Assembly: GCA_963805855.1 (NCBI GenBank)
Contig: CAWDVW010000005.1
Span: forward strand, 224,001 to 288,000
Source: Candidatus Dadabacteria bacterium
Lineage (GTDB): Bacteria > Desulfobacterota_D > UBA1144 > Nemesobacterales > CSP1-2
DNA length: 64,000 nt
Direction of reading: 5' to 3'
Within the stretch, counting starts at the first letter, position 1; each line of letters begins with the position of its first letter. The notes below the pieces were generated by a model that made no database searches, was not told the DNA's origin, and worked only from the letters and a program-made list of their open reading frames with translations. Positions 1 through 10,999 of the stretch are shown one piece after another. The translations under genes were made by a program, and so were the position numbers.

Positions 1-71
1 CACGTGATCCGATCGCAATTATCGTGATCTTCATAAATATATTCCCAATTGTCTAAAATCGAAGAAGCGAT

Positions 72-1058
72 TCACCTAATATAACCATTTTCTTTAAACC
101 ACGCTACGGTTTTTTCCATTGTCTTGTCAATTGAGGTCTGTGGAAATCCTAGCTCACGGACAGATTTGGAACTGTCGAAATACCATTTTAGACTCGTAGC
201 CTTTACAGAATCTGTATCAAGTAAAACAAAGCTCGAGAACGGTAATCGGAGCAGGCGTTCAAACAAATAGCCACCCCCCAGAGCTAATATATAAGGAATC
301 TTCAATTTCGGACTACTAATCCCTGTGACTTTTTCGAGAAGGGTAAAAAGCTCTTTAATACTATAGTTCTTGTTAGCCAATACATAACGCTCGCCTGGCC
401 TTCCGTTCTCTGCTGCCAATAGATGGCCCTCTGCAACATCGTCGACACTAACCAAATTAACGCCGCCATCTATGTATCCCGGGTATCTCCTTTTACAGTA
501 CATTACGACAAATCCACATGAAGCAAGATATATATCCCCCGGTCCCACAACTACTGATGGATTTACAATGACAAGAGGCAAACCCTTTTTGTGTATTCTT
601 AAGGCTTCATTCTCAGCATCGTGCTTTGTGTTTATATATTGAATTCCTAAATGCTCAAGGTTGAAGGGGGTCTCCTCATTCGCGACACCTCCATCAGGGT
701 CAACCCCAATAGCCGCTATACTGCTAGTGTAAACCGCTCTTTCCACCCCTTCATCCAAGGCGGCTGAAAGTATATTTATCGTCCCATTGACATTTACATC
801 GCGCATTTTCTTGTAATGCGCCTTCTTAGATGAAACTAGCCCTGCCACATGGTACAAGGTATCGCATCCTTTTATGGCCGCTCTGATCGATTCACTATCA
901 AGAACATCTCCATAAACCCTTTCAACATCAAGACCATCAATGTTTGAAGTCTTACTTGTCTTTCTTACTAGAACTCTAACCCTCTCACCCCTTTCGACGA
1001 GCTTCCTAGCGACATGAGAACCTATAAATCCTGTAGCTCCTGTCACAAGTGTGGGCAT
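72..1058 (-). CDS. NAD-dependent epimerase/dehydratase (extended SDR, dihydroflavonol reductase/HpnA-like)
   Basis: N-terminal TGATGFIG Rossmann motif, YxxxK (YINTK), VNPSVVVGPGD, and VDDVAEGHLLA typical of this family. Confidence 0.85.
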   Translation of the reverse strand: MPTLVTGATGFIGSHVARKLVERGERVRVLVRKTSKTSNIDGLDVERVYGDVLDSESIRAAIKGCDTLYHVAGLVSSKKAHYKKMRDVNVNGTINILSAALDEGVERAVYTSSIAAIGVDPDGGVANEETPFNLEHLGIQYINTKHDAENEALRIHKKGLPLVIVNPSVVVGPGDIYLASCGFVVMYCKRRYPGYIDGGVNLVSVDDVAEGHLLAAENGRPGERYVLANKNYSIKELFTLLEKVTGISSPKLKIPYILALGGGYLFERLLRLPFSSFVLLDTDSVKATSLKWYFDSSKSVRELGFPQTSIDKTMEKTVAWFKENGYIR

Positions 1059-1346
1059 AAGATACCTTCCTAGAATAAAGACATAGGATTTGATACTAGA
1101 AAGTCAACCCTGACTTATTTTCAAGAGTTAACTGAGTGTTAACAAATATGGATTAGGCAATGCAGTCATTTATTGATTTCTTTGTTTTCTCGCCACAACC
1201 CCTTACCCTTTTCCTTCGCTTCACTCTCCAATTTCGAAAAGTATTTATCGTATCTTAATTAGTGAGAAGGACGCCAGCCGAACAGATAACAAAATCAAAA
1301 TAGGACATCAAAAATTAGTTGCCGACACGAACCCTTAGTAAACCAA

Positions 1347-1769
1347 TTAATCAGACTTCTTTACGGTATAAAACTTATATGACTTGACGTCTCTTCCATC
1401 GGCAGTCTTTCTAATATTACCAACAGTCACTCCCATCTCATTTCCAATCTTGAGCTCGTCGAAATTATCTGTTTCAACCTGTGCCATGACCCTCACCTTT
1501 TCAGGAAAATCTACAAGGGCAAGCGCGTATGGTACAGGGAAGTCGGGCAGACTCCTCCTAACAATCGTGTACGTATGCAGAATACCTGTCGGACTCAAGA
1601 ATCTCTCTTCCACATCCTCAGAAAAGCTTTTTGGATCTACCAGGTATTTAGGAAAAGTATAGCTATCCGACTCTTTATAATAACCGGCTACAAGCCTAAC
1701 AGTTCCAGCCCTGTCGGTTCCAAACAACTCCGGAAACATCACTTCATCATTTTTCTTGATTTCGCCCAT
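1347..1769 (-). CDS. DUF35-family OB-fold protein (acyl-CoA-binding, thiolase/hydratase partner type)
   Basis: G-ILHTYTIV...PVPYALALVD...RVMAQV...LKIGNEM pattern of the DUF35 OB-fold; N-terminal zinc-ribbon cysteines absent. Confidence 0.75.
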   Translation of the reverse strand: MGEIKKNDEVMFPELFGTDRAGTVRLVAGYYKESDSYTFPKYLVDPKSFSEDVEERFLSPTGILHTYTIVRRSLPDFPVPYALALVDFPEKVRVMAQVETDNFDELKIGNEMGVTVGNIRKTADGRDVKSYKFYTVKKSD

Positions 1770-1905
1770 TTGCGAATACCTCCATCATCGATGTTCAAAA
1801 TATTTTCTTGTCTAGAGAATCTGATACCGCAATATAATACAAGTAATTTCATTTAAATCAAAATCATTCTTGCTTGGAACTACGTTATCCACGATATTCA
1901 ATCAA

Positions 1906-2411
1906 TGAAGCCCCCTGCAGCGAGCTGCAGGGTATCATAATATAAACTGAACGTCTCAAATGTCATTGCTGTAGATGCTAGATATTTCCTGTACAAAACC
2001 CAAAAAATAATAAATCTCTAGGAAATTTACTCATCCGTCATGCTCGAACGTTTTTATCGGGGATCCATCGTATAATTTTTTATTTTCTTTGTCTTGATAC
2101 AAAGAAACAAAAATCAAGGGCTGTCAAAAAATTAGGAATTATTAAATCAATTCCTTCAGCTAAAAATATTTAATCCAACCACAACCCCAAATCTTTTTTT
2201 AACGCTTCCGGAATTGATTGTGGCAATTTTTTGAATGCCCATTTAAGATCTGAGATACTGTCCCTGAATTATCTAACATCTACAATTGCAAGGAGCGAAG
2301 CGACGAAGCAATCTGAAAATGAGATTGCTTCACGGAGCCTGCACTGAGGAATGCGAATGTGTTCGCAATGACAGGCAGGGGGAAACCCTGTAGCAAGCTA
2401 CAGGCAATTCA
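1906..2411. mobile_element. Composite non-autonomous element, copy A (hairpin ends, internal REP, nested MITE)
   Basis: Ends TGAAgccCCCTGCAGCgaGCTGCAGGG and CCCTGTAGCaaGCTACAGGcaaTTCA; colinear outer parts recur at 14432-14994. Confidence 0.7.
1970..2284 (+). mobile_element. MITE with ~26-bp TGT..ACA terminal inverted repeats, copy A
   Basis: TIRs TGTAGATGCTAGATATTTCCTGTACA / TGTCCCTGAATTATCTAACATCTACA; ATTGC direct repeat at 1965-1969 and 2285-2289. Confidence 0.75.
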
Positions 2412-2415
2412 CTAG

Positions 2416-3291
2416 TTAAACTAGTTGTCCTTGAGTCTTCAAAATTTTTTTCACCTCTTTAACACCAAATGCAAGCAGAAAAAATAATGATGCGACAACA
2501 GTTATCGAGGCCCCGGTTGGAATAGAAAGTATAAATGAGAAAAAATATCCCAAGACTGCTGAGAGAATACCGATAATAACTGAGAATATAAAAATCATAA
2601 TTAGCTTTTCGGTGAGAAAGAGGGCCGTGAGGGGCGGCAGAGCAATAAGTCCAAAGACAGGTAGTGCGCCCAGGGCCCTCGTAGTAACCGCGACTATAAT
2701 ACCGACGGTCAACAGCAAAATAGTATTGAGAAATCTAACGGGATATTTATATAAAATCGCCGTTTCCTGATCGAAAGAAACGAAAATGAAATCCTTATAG
2801 AACACCAAATGAACAATAATGGTTATCAAGGCAACCGAAGGTATTACATAAACATCCGTCGGCTCGACAACTACGGCGCTTCCAAATAGAATATCTGCTA
2901 TATCATGGGCTCCTTTAGTTATACGGTCACCAAGTATCACCACAAGCCCCGACGCAATCAGGAAACCAAATGCTATAACTCCTTCCTGGCTGATCGGGAA
3001 AAAATCCCTTTTCAAAGCAAAAAACAAGGCAGCCAGTGCGGTGAAAATCAATGACATCGTAAATGGATCAATCAAGTGACCAAGTGAGCTTACAACTGCA
3101 AGTCCCTGGAGATAAAAGGCAAGCGCCACACTGAAACTTGAAACCTGAGTCAATGCTGCACTCACAAAAATAACCCTTCTGAGTACAACATAAACCCCAA
3201 GATACCCGCAAATTGCTCCTGAAACAGCGCCTACGATCATAGGGTCCCGCCAAAGAAAGTAACTGTTTACAAATTCAGTAATTGATTCCAT
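2416..3291 (-). CDS. Zn/Mn ABC transporter permease (ZnuB/MntB family)
   Basis: Hydrophobic; GYLGVYVVLRR, ILFGS and FVSFD motifs; co-oriented with ATPase and binding protein. Confidence 0.9.
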   Translation of the reverse strand: MESITEFVNSYFLWRDPMIVGAVSGAICGYLGVYVVLRRVIFVSAALTQVSSFSVALAFYLQGLAVVSSLGHLIDPFTMSLIFTALAALFFALKRDFFPISQEGVIAFGFLIASGLVVILGDRITKGAHDIADILFGSAVVVEPTDVYVIPSVALITIIVHLVFYKDFIFVSFDQETAILYKYPVRFLNTILLLTVGIIVAVTTRALGALPVFGLIALPPLTALFLTEKLIMIFIFSVIIGILSAVLGYFFSFILSIPTGASITVVASLFFLLAFGVKEVKKILKTQGQLV

Positions 3292-3460
3292 TTCTCAATC
3301 TTTACTAGTTGCCTAGCTTTTGTATAGGCTATGTTGAAACATTCGGAACGATCAAAAACCTTAATTCATCAAGAAATAATTTCCTCCCATTGTACTAGGC
3401 ACGGGTAATTTACGCTCTAATTCATGCTAGAATCTTAGCCCAAGAATCGAAATACGTTAT

Positions 3461-4210
3461 TCAAACTAATCTTCCTAACCTGTCGGGTACCTGGCCAAGG
3501 CTCATGTCTATTCCAAATATCTCGCTTATGATCTCATCGGTTAGAATGTCGTCTTTAATCCCTGCTTTGAAGATACCGTTATCTTTATCGATTACCATTA
3601 CATGGTCTGCAAATCTTGATACTGTGTTTAAAAAATGACTCACCATTAGAACCGTAAGTTTACTTTCCTCTCTTACCCTCTCGACGTGCTTCATGATTTC
3701 AGTTTCTCCCCTGACGTCAACAGAAGCTGTAGGTTCGTCGAGGATCAGTATATCAGGGGTACCTGCTATTGCTCGGGCAAGGAGAGCTCGCTGTTTTTCA
3801 CCTCCCGAGAGCGATCTGAATGGACGATTCTTTAAGTGAGAGATTTCAAGTTTATCGAGAGAATTCTCGACTATATCACGGTCTGACTGCCTCGGTCTTC
3901 TGCCGACTGGAATACGACCATGCCTCCCCATCATGACGATTTCATACACCGAGGTCGGGAAAATCCTGTCAAAAATTTCAGTTTGAGGAACATAGCCAAA
4001 TACCATATTATCCCGGTAGTCTATTCGACCAGACACTTGCGGGATAAGCCCCAGTATTGTCTTAATCAATGTGCTCTTGCCCCCTCCATTGGGTCCTATG
4101 ATCCCCCAATACTCCCCCTTTTGAATCGACAGGTTTATCGATTTTGAAAAGCCCTCGTTTAAATATCCGATGGACACGTCCTTAAGCTCAATCAGAGGTT
4201 TTAATTTCAT
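3461..4210 (-). CDS. Zn/Mn ABC transporter ATP-binding protein (ZnuC family)
   Basis: Walker A GPNGGGKST, GYVPQ, LSGGEKQR, Walker B LILDEPT. Confidence 0.92.
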   Translation of the reverse strand: MKLKPLIELKDVSIGYLNEGFSKSINLSIQKGEYWGIIGPNGGGKSTLIKTILGLIPQVSGRIDYRDNMVFGYVPQTEIFDRIFPTSVYEIVMMGRHGRIPVGRRPRQSDRDIVENSLDKLEISHLKNRPFRSLSGGEKQRALLARAIAGTPDILILDEPTASVDVRGETEIMKHVERVREESKLTVLMVSHFLNTVSRFADHVMVIDKDNGIFKAGIKDDILTDEIISEIFGIDMSLGQVPDRLGRLV

Positions 4211-4283
4211 GATTTTATTTTATCGCCCATAAATCTAGAACCTTAGCTACCCCTGTGCCAACTTCATGAAATCGACATGATAT

Positions 4284-5252
4284 TTATGTAGCCTTTTCAA
4301 TGTTCTTCACTTTACTTAAAGCTCCTGTGAGCTCATTTACGATTGTATCAATTAGTTGCGTATAGGTATCAATCCCCTCCCTCGCCCCGACGCTGGACGG
4401 AAGTACAAGAAACTCTGTCCCAGTTTTCTCGGCAATTATACGGGCCGTTTTTTGAGGATAGAAGGACTCGGCTATCACAAGTTTAACATTCTGATTCTTC
4501 ATATTCTCAATCAATTTAGCAACATGGGATGGTGTAGGAGGAATTCCAGGCTTTGGTTCAATCCATCCGACTTCTTCTAAGCCTGCCCAGTTTGCAAAAT
4601 AATCCCAACTCTTGTGGTAGGCCACTATCTTAGTGCCCTTAAAAGGCGCAAGTTGGGCCTCCCACACCCCGATCTTTTTGATTAGCCTATCGGCAAATTG
4701 CTTAAAATTGTCTTCATAAAATGAGGCATTTTCAGGATCGATTTGTCCCAGTCTATGCGCAATCCCTTTTGCGACCAAAATACCATTTCTTGGGTTGAGC
4801 ATATAGTGAGGATTTCCAAAGGGATGTATGTCTCCCATACTCCTGTCAATTCTCGTTGTTGGAACCTCCAGTATGTTAGTTATTAAGGTTGAAGCGTCAA
4901 GACGGCCTGGCGCCGAAAGTGCCGTAATGTTTGAATTCCTTGAACCTGTAATGAGAACGGGGAGCCAACCTATCTCCAGATCTAAGCCTTGATATATCAG
5001 TAAATCGGCTCTATTCAGGTCTCGGATAAAACTTGGTTTAGCGTCGACAAAATGCGGGTTCTGGTAACCTTTACCGATGCTTCTCACCTCTACTTTGTCT
5101 CCACCGATCTCCTTAGCAATTGCCGCAAAATCGGGAAGAGAAGTAACTACCCTAACCCTGGCAAATAAATCCTGAGTCGGAAAAAGAGTCAGTCCTAACG
5201 AAAAAGATACCACGAAAAATAAGACGATTTGGGGAAATTTATACAAGCTCAT
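4284..5252 (-). CDS. Zn/Mn ABC transporter substrate-binding protein (cluster A-I)
   Basis: Likely start MSLYKF at 5252 with GGAGG SD; signal peptide; NPHF, GNPHY, YHKSW and PGIPPTPSH motifs. Confidence 0.9.
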   Translation of the reverse strand: MSLYKFPQIVLFFVVSFSLGLTLFPTQDLFARVRVVTSLPDFAAIAKEIGGDKVEVRSIGKGYQNPHFVDAKPSFIRDLNRADLLIYQGLDLEIGWLPVLITGSRNSNITALSAPGRLDASTLITNILEVPTTRIDRSMGDIHPFGNPHYMLNPRNGILVAKGIAHRLGQIDPENASFYEDNFKQFADRLIKKIGVWEAQLAPFKGTKIVAYHKSWDYFANWAGLEEVGWIEPKPGIPPTPSHVAKLIENMKNQNVKLVIAESFYPQKTARIIAEKTGTEFLVLPSSVGAREGIDTYTQLIDTIVNELTGALSKVKNIEKAT

Positions 5253-5277
5253 TTTCTTAGCCTCCCTTTCATAGTTT

Positions 5278-6639
5278 CTAAAATGGGTGCGCCCCATGGG
5301 CACCCATTGCCCACTCAAATTGGAGAAAAAAAGCACTAACATTCCTGGCGAAGTCGGGATTTGTAAAATCGTACTCAAGCTTAAATCTCGTAAACTCTGT
5401 TGGACTGAAGGTAAGCATTGGTGATATACGGTACTCTCTGCCGGGAAGACCAAGCATTTGATCCTCGGGGCCACCCGGTGGAATTGGCACAGGAGTATTG
5501 GTATCAGTTAAGCCAAGCCTGACACCGGTATTCCATCTCTTTGCAAAACGATAAACTACCTGGGAATAAAACCCCCAATCCTTCAGGCTTTCATCAGGCG
5601 TCTGTGACCTCCTCGACATAAATTCAGACTGCAGCATGACCGCTTGATATGGATTATTGAGTAAGGGCCGATACTTGGCGAACACGTCTGCCCCCCAAAG
5701 GTAAGAGCGATTCTTTTCCCCTGTACCATCAGGCCCGGTCGCAAACGAAGCTCCGAGAGCAAGTGATAGTGAATCTGAGATCTCAAAAAAGTTAGCGACG
5801 TGAAAAACGTAGAGTAGCAACCCTAGATTGTTCATATCTTCATCCGGCGCAAAAGTCGGCGTTTCCAGGTCAAAAGGGCTATTAACCGAAGCGTTCAGCT
5901 CTAAGAACCATGGGACTGGTACTAAAATATTAGCCTCAATTCCCGTGGGATTGAGATGCTCTGCTAGGAATCTCGCGGCAACAAGAGGTAAAGTTACAAA
6001 GTCTTGATTGTGTCTGTGTATCTGATTGATTCTCCCGAACTTACTCCTCATAACCCCACCCCTGAACTGGAGACCAAGCGGAAGAGAAAAGAGACTTGTA
6101 CCATAAATTTCTTCGACCTCGAATCCTTCTCTCGTAAACGAAATAAAACTGTCAAATCTAAAATATGGATCTACTACACTTTGAAACCCTATTTCACCTT
6201 CCTGAAAATTAACGCCCGTATTTTGTGGGTCATTTTCGACAAGCATCGGAGGATTATTCGTAGAATAGTATGCTGCTGCAAACAGTCCAATTACGCTTAT
6301 ATCCGGATTAAGGGTCTGCAGAGTTCTTTGGAAAAAGCCCTCTTTGGGAAGAGAAGCCTCGGTAATCTGCTTGATCTCTTCCTCCGATTTCTTTTCTTCC
6401 TCTGCTTTCTTGGCCCGGCTCTCTAATTCCATATTTTTCTTTTCAAGCTCCTCCAATTTTTGTTGCATTTGCTGCATCTGCTGACGAAGCTCCTGTATCT
6501 GTTTTTTTATGTCCCCTTCTTCACCCACGGCCTGATTTGATGAAATCAAACTAGAAAAGAAAAAGGACAGTGCACAAGTAACAATTATTTTATTTAATAG
6601 GGATATTCCGAAATACCCTATATATAGGCGGAATACCAT
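5278..6639 (-). CDS. Outer-membrane beta-barrel/porin associated with Zn uptake (N-terminal coiled coil)
   Basis: Signal peptide, coiled coil, NPDISVIG, FGRINQIHRH, C-terminal GAHGAHPF ending in Phe; first large gene of the metal ABC operon. Confidence 0.75.
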   Translation of the reverse strand: MVFRLYIGYFGISLLNKIIVTCALSFFFSSLISSNQAVGEEGDIKKQIQELRQQMQQMQQKLEELEKKNMELESRAKKAEEEKKSEEEIKQITEASLPKEGFFQRTLQTLNPDISVIGLFAAAYYSTNNPPMLVENDPQNTGVNFQEGEIGFQSVVDPYFRFDSFISFTREGFEVEEIYGTSLFSLPLGLQFRGGVMRSKFGRINQIHRHNQDFVTLPLVAARFLAEHLNPTGIEANILVPVPWFLELNASVNSPFDLETPTFAPDEDMNNLGLLLYVFHVANFFEISDSLSLALGASFATGPDGTGEKNRSYLWGADVFAKYRPLLNNPYQAVMLQSEFMSRRSQTPDESLKDWGFYSQVVYRFAKRWNTGVRLGLTDTNTPVPIPPGGPEDQMLGLPGREYRISPMLTFSPTEFTRFKLEYDFTNPDFARNVSAFFLQFEWAMGAHGAHPF

Positions 6640-6745
6640 ATCTCACCTCCAAAACTAAAGTAAGTCAGACTGCTCTAAGACGGCTGACTCACAATGTATT
6701 TGTTGAAAAAATATTGAGGAGATATGTCAGGCAACCGGAGGTGAG
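6637..6745 (-). promoter_or_regulatory. Putative SD/anti-SD translational switch between leader ORF and porin
   Basis: Plus-strand CTCACCTCC (6642-6650, the SD on the mRNA) is the inverted repeat of GGAGGTGAG (6737-6745, in the RSPP codons); CATATCTC (6637-6644) is the inverted repeat of GAGATATG (6719-6726). Confidence 0.6.
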
Positions 6746-7050
6746 CGGGGTGAATAGTTAAATCGGAAATACGATGAAGGGATTATAAGATCGCTATTGA
6801 CATAAGTTATTAATCGACTAAATCGATTGAAAGCAATATTTATAACTTTATTTGTCTGTCTTAAATTGCCGCTCAAACGGCAGGCAGAGCAATATTCAAT
6901 ATTGTGACCAGGATAACCTGATTCAGTCTTATAAACTCCATCAGGTAAAGAGGAACCAAAATAGAAGACATGATTATGCAACCCAAGTGAGAGAACAAAT
7001 ATTACAACTAGAAACCAGATCGATATCTTCGTATAATTTTTAAATCTCAT
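6727..7050 (-). CDS. DUF2946-like leader/regulatory peptide (TM segment, HNH, CxxC, C-terminal RSPP)
   Basis: 107 aa from MRFKNY; hydrophobic N-terminus, LHNH, CSAC, terminal SPRSPPVA; directly upstream of the porin. Confidence 0.7.
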   Translation of the reverse strand: MRFKNYTKISIWFLVVIFVLSLGLHNHVFYFGSSLPDGVYKTESGYPGHNIEYCSACRLSGNLRQTNKVINIAFNRFSRLITYVNSDLIIPSSYFRFNYSPRSPPVA

Positions 7051-7339
7051 CACTTTAGCTTTATCGAATCGGAGTATATGATCGCTACTTATATCACAAA
7101 CAAAACGCTCTGTCAATCAAAATACTTATTGATCGACCTTTCACCAAATTAAGCCCCCACTACTTATTATGTCTATAAATTTTTATCCTTCTTTCCTGAA
7201 TTTCATATGCTTCGCCGATATGGCAGACCTAGGTATCTTTTATAGAATTGTCATAATAAAATCTTGTTTACGATATAATGTAAGTTACGAATCAATCGTG
7301 AAAAATTAAACTGAGACAGGTAATCATAATACGGGAGAT

Positions 7340-8914
7340 ATGATGAAAGAATCTGATAGAAAGATAGCAGAGGGAATCCTATTTACGGATCAATATCAAC
7401 TCACAATGGCTCAGCTTTATTTCCGAATGGGTATACATGAAAAGAAGGTCCAATTTGACCACTTCTTCAGAAGTTATCCAGACTACGGCAACCATCAGGC
7501 GGGATATTGCATCAATGCCGGATTAGAATGGCTCATAGATTGGATGCAAAACACACATTTTCTAGATGAGGATATTGAGTTATTGCGTTCACAAACTGGA
7601 AATTCTGGCAATAAATTGTTTGAGGAAGACTTTCTCAGATGGCTCCGGACAAATGGCTCATTTGAATCAATCTCAATGCTTGCAATACCTGAGGGAAGAG
7701 TCGTCCATCCGAATGTTCCGCTCGCCGTTACACAGGGCTCACTGGCCATGGCTCAGATCCTTGAATCCCCGCTTCTAAACCAATTAAACTACCAAACCCT
7801 CATTGCTACCAAGGCTGCGCGAATACACGAAGCGGGTCGAGGTCAAACATTAATCGAATTCGGGATGCGCCGTGGGCACGAAAAGGGCGTCAATGCTGGG
7901 ATCCGAGCCGCACTAATAGGTGGCGCCGATTTTACATCTACAGTGGGAATATCACACGTTCTAGGGTATCCCCCTAAGGGTACCCACGCCCATAGCATGG
8001 TTCAGGTTTTTATGGCCCTCGGGGAAGGCGAGGTCGGCGCATTTCGAGCATATGCAGACGTCTATCCAGATGACTGCGTGTTATTGGTAGACACAATAAA
8101 TACCATTGAAAGCGGAATACCAAACGCGATAAGGGTTTTTGAAGAACTGAAGCGGAAAGGTCACGAGCCCGTAGGTATCCGTTTGGATTCAGGTGATTTA
8201 GCATATTTGAGCATTCAAGCCGCAAAGATGCTAGATGATGCCGGTTTCCAAAATACCAAGATTGTCTTGTCAAACCAATTGGATGAACTGGTAGTATGGC
8301 AAATAATCACTCAGATTGAAGAAGAGGCACCGAGATATGGCGTCGATGCAGACAATCTGATTCGACGACTTACTTACGGAGTGGGGACAAGGTTAATTTC
8401 TTCAAAAGGAGATTCGGCTCTAGATGGTGTATATAAACTCGTGGGGGTTGAGGAAAGAGGGGAGTGGATCCCGGCAATTAAACTCTCAGAAACTCCATCA
8501 AAAACCCTTAACCCCGGGTTTAAGCATGTATGGAGAATCTATGACACAAGGGGAAAAGCCACGGCTGACCTGTTGAGCCTTGATAGAAACGAACCCATGG
8601 AATCAAATCACCTTACACTACACCACCCGTCAGATCATACTAAATATCGAATCCTGAGCCGAGATAAAATTAACGAGATAGAACCACTTTTGACCGAAGT
8701 TTTGACTGAAGGAAAACTTAATTATGATCAACCATCTATTGAAGAAATCCGAAAAGTCCGTGAAAAAGATATAGATCGACTTGATTCCGGCGTAAAACGC
8801 ATCGTGAACCCTCATATTTATCATGTCTCTCTTTCACAACGTCTCTGGGAGCTAAAAGAGGGTCTCGTAAGATCACTCACCAGGGAAAATAAATTACATA
8901 CTAACACGCGCTAA
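7340..8914 (+). CDS. pncB: Nicotinate phosphoribosyltransferase
   Basis: [33 protein letters not shown] and GVYKL motifs. Confidence 0.95.
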   Translation: MMKESDRKIAEGILFTDQYQLTMAQLYFRMGIHEKKVQFDHFFRSYPDYGNHQAGYCINAGLEWLIDWMQNTHFLDEDIELLRSQTGNSGNKLFEEDFLRWLRTNGSFESISMLAIPEGRVVHPNVPLAVTQGSLAMAQILESPLLNQLNYQTLIATKAARIHEAGRGQTLIEFGMRRGHEKGVNAGIRAALIGGADFTSTVGISHVLGYPPKGTHAHSMVQVFMALGEGEVGAFRAYADVYPDDCVLLVDTINTIESGIPNAIRVFEELKRKGHEPVGIRLDSGDLAYLSIQAAKMLDDAGFQNTKIVLSNQLDELVVWQIITQIEEEAPRYGVDADNLIRRLTYGVGTRLISSKGDSALDGVYKLVGVEERGEWIPAIKLSETPSKTLNPGFKHVWRIYDTRGKATADLLSLDRNEPMESNHLTLHHPSDHTKYRILSRDKINEIEPLLTEVLTEGKLNYDQPSIEEIRKVREKDIDRLDSGVKRIVNPHIYHVSLSQRLWELKEGLVRSLTRENKLHTNTR

Positions 8915-9560
8915 AATCCACCAACCTCGGTTTCCACACCCTTGTGATGAGCCAACCTGCCAAGTCAAAAATCCCTTTGGTTTCTGATATTATCACCGAA
9001 TCTGAAGTAGCGACGAAACCAGCATTTTTTAAAACGTAATCCGGAGACAATACTGTTTCAGCATTTCCAGCTACACGATGTTTACCCATTAAATCATTTA
9101 TCAACGCGCAAAGCTCACCTGAATGAGATATTGGCTTGTCAAAATAAAACTTTGCCTCTCTAAGTCGCAAATAGCAGAGATTTTTGATCAGGATATTCAG
9201 GACCTCAACGGTAATGTCGGTGATTTTATACGATCGATACACCGAAGCGGTATCCCTGACGATACCATCCGTGGCTTTAAAAACAAACCTACCCTTTCTG
9301 TACGACTCTATGGTTATCAACTGATTATATCCATCAATTTCAAGCAAACTGCCATTGACGTTCTTTTCACTCAATAATCTATTCATTCTGCTTCTTATTT
9401 CTTTTTTTGTAAAAAATCCCCTATAAAGGACGTTCCTTTCATCATTATTAAGCTGAAAACGGTTTCCAATAATATCTAAAATAGATTTAATTGAATAACC
9501 TCTCCTCTTTAAATAGAGGTAATCCCTACTGGAAGCTATGACTTTGTCTACACTAACCAC
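8901..9560 (-). CDS. DUF434-family protein
   Basis: YLKRRGY...[34 protein letters not shown] and ATSDSVII pattern. Confidence 0.75.
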   Translation of the reverse strand: MVSVDKVIASSRDYLYLKRRGYSIKSILDIIGNRFQLNNDERNVLYRGFFTKKEIRSRMNRLLSEKNVNGSLLEIDGYNQLITIESYRKGRFVFKATDGIVRDTASVYRSYKITDITVEVLNILIKNLCYLRLREAKFYFDKPISHSGELCALINDLMGKHRVAGNAETVLSPDYVLKNAGFVATSDSVIISETKGIFDLAGWLITRVWKPRLVDFSAC

Positions 9561-9698
9561 TGTTCTATAAAGTTTGAATTCTATTTCTGGTTGAGTAAAG
9601 CTAAGTTAAAGAAAAAGTAAATTTAGTTTATTAATGATTTTAGACTTCAATAGAAAATAACAGAAGGGATAAATTGCAAAAATATTCTGAAATAATTT

Positions 9699-10991
9699 TC
9701 AACGAAACACCGCTAAAAGCATCCCTGCAGCAACTGCAGAACCGATCACTCCGGCGACATTCGGACCCATCGCATGCATTAGAAGCGTGTTTTGAGGATC
9801 TTCTCTAGTTCCCATTTCCTGAGACACACGGGCCGCCATCGGAACAGCAGACACACCAGCCGAGCCAATTAGAGGATTTATTTTCTCTTTAAAAAACACA
9901 TTCATAAATTTTGCCATTATGACCCCTGATGCGGTACCAATTCCGAACGCTATAATTCCCAGTATAAGAATACCGAGTGTTTCCACTGACAAGAATTGTT
10001 CCGCAGAAAGCTTTGATCCCACACCTAATCCAAGGAAAATTGTAGTAATATTCAAAAGCGCATTTCTGGTCGTATCAGAAAGCCTTTCCACAACGCCGGA
10101 TTCCCTCATCAGATTTCCAAACATAAAAAAGCCAATCAATGGCGAAGCCGAGGGCAAGAGTATCATGCATACACCCAATGTTATTAATGGAAAAAGAATC
10201 TTCTCTGTTTTCCCAACTGGACGAAGCTGCTTCATCCTGATTTTTCTTTCTTTAGTAGTCGTAAGCAATTTCATTATCGGCGGCTGTATAATCGGAACCA
10301 GGGCCATATACGAATATGCAGCGACCGATATGGCACCTAACAGTCTTGGTGATAACTGTGAACTCAAATATATAGCAGTCGGTCCGTCAGCGCCTCCAAT
10401 TATTCCAATCGACGCTGCATCCCTCAATGAAAAATGGACTTGAGGAAATAAGTACGATAAGGCAATTGCTCCAACAAGTGTCGTAAAAATTCCAAACTGC
10501 GCAGCTCCACCCAACAGGATTGTCTTAGGGTTCGCAAGCAGTGGCCCGAAATCCGTCAAAGCGCCAATGCCCATAAATATGATTAAGGGAGCCACCCCTG
10601 TTTTTATCCCTATATTATAGATGTAATAGATTATCCCGCCTGGCTCATCCATCCCTGCTAACGGTATATTTGATAATAGACATCCAAAGGATATGGTAAC
10701 CAAAAGGAGGGGTTCAAATTTCTTTACAATACCCAGATAGAGCAAAAAGAACCCAACCACAATCATCAAAAGACGGCCATATCCCTGGCTGAATGATTTG
10801 GCGTTCCCCTGGATAAAGCCACCGATCCCCGTCGATTCTCCAATATTTTTTATTAGTTTTTTTATGGAGGGAAGTGATTCTTTGATTTCAGCCGGTTGCG
10901 GTTCTGAACTAATTTGCGAGGAATGGACAGTTTGAGATGATACTAAAACGCCGAATATCACAAAGATAATAAAAAAGGAATTTTTCAACAA
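9699..10991 (-). CDS. oadB: Na+-translocating decarboxylase beta subunit
   Basis: [58 protein letters not shown]. Confidence 0.95.
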   Translation of the reverse strand: MLKNSFFIIFVIFGVLVSSQTVHSSQISSEPQPAEIKESLPSIKKLIKNIGESTGIGGFIQGNAKSFSQGYGRLLMIVVGFFLLYLGIVKKFEPLLLVTISFGCLLSNIPLAGMDEPGGIIYYIYNIGIKTGVAPLIIFMGIGALTDFGPLLANPKTILLGGAAQFGIFTTLVGAIALSYLFPQVHFSLRDAASIGIIGGADGPTAIYLSSQLSPRLLGAISVAAYSYMALVPIIQPPIMKLLTTTKERKIRMKQLRPVGKTEKILFPLITLGVCMILLPSASPLIGFFMFGNLMRESGVVERLSDTTRNALLNITTIFLGLGVGSKLSAEQFLSVETLGILILGIIAFGIGTASGVIMAKFMNVFFKEKINPLIGSAGVSAVPMAARVSQEMGTREDPQNTLLMHAMGPNVAGVIGSAVAAGMLLAVFR

Positions 10992-10999
10992 CGGCCTCG

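Noticed and set aside
7117-7339. Zur/Fur box upstream of the metal-uptake operon
   Set aside because: AT-rich, but I could not find a convincing palindrome matching a known consensus.
9919-10443. Long antisense ORFs inside oadB, the nitrilase, the ligases and other genes
   Set aside because: Shadow frames of well-supported genes with no recognisable motifs.
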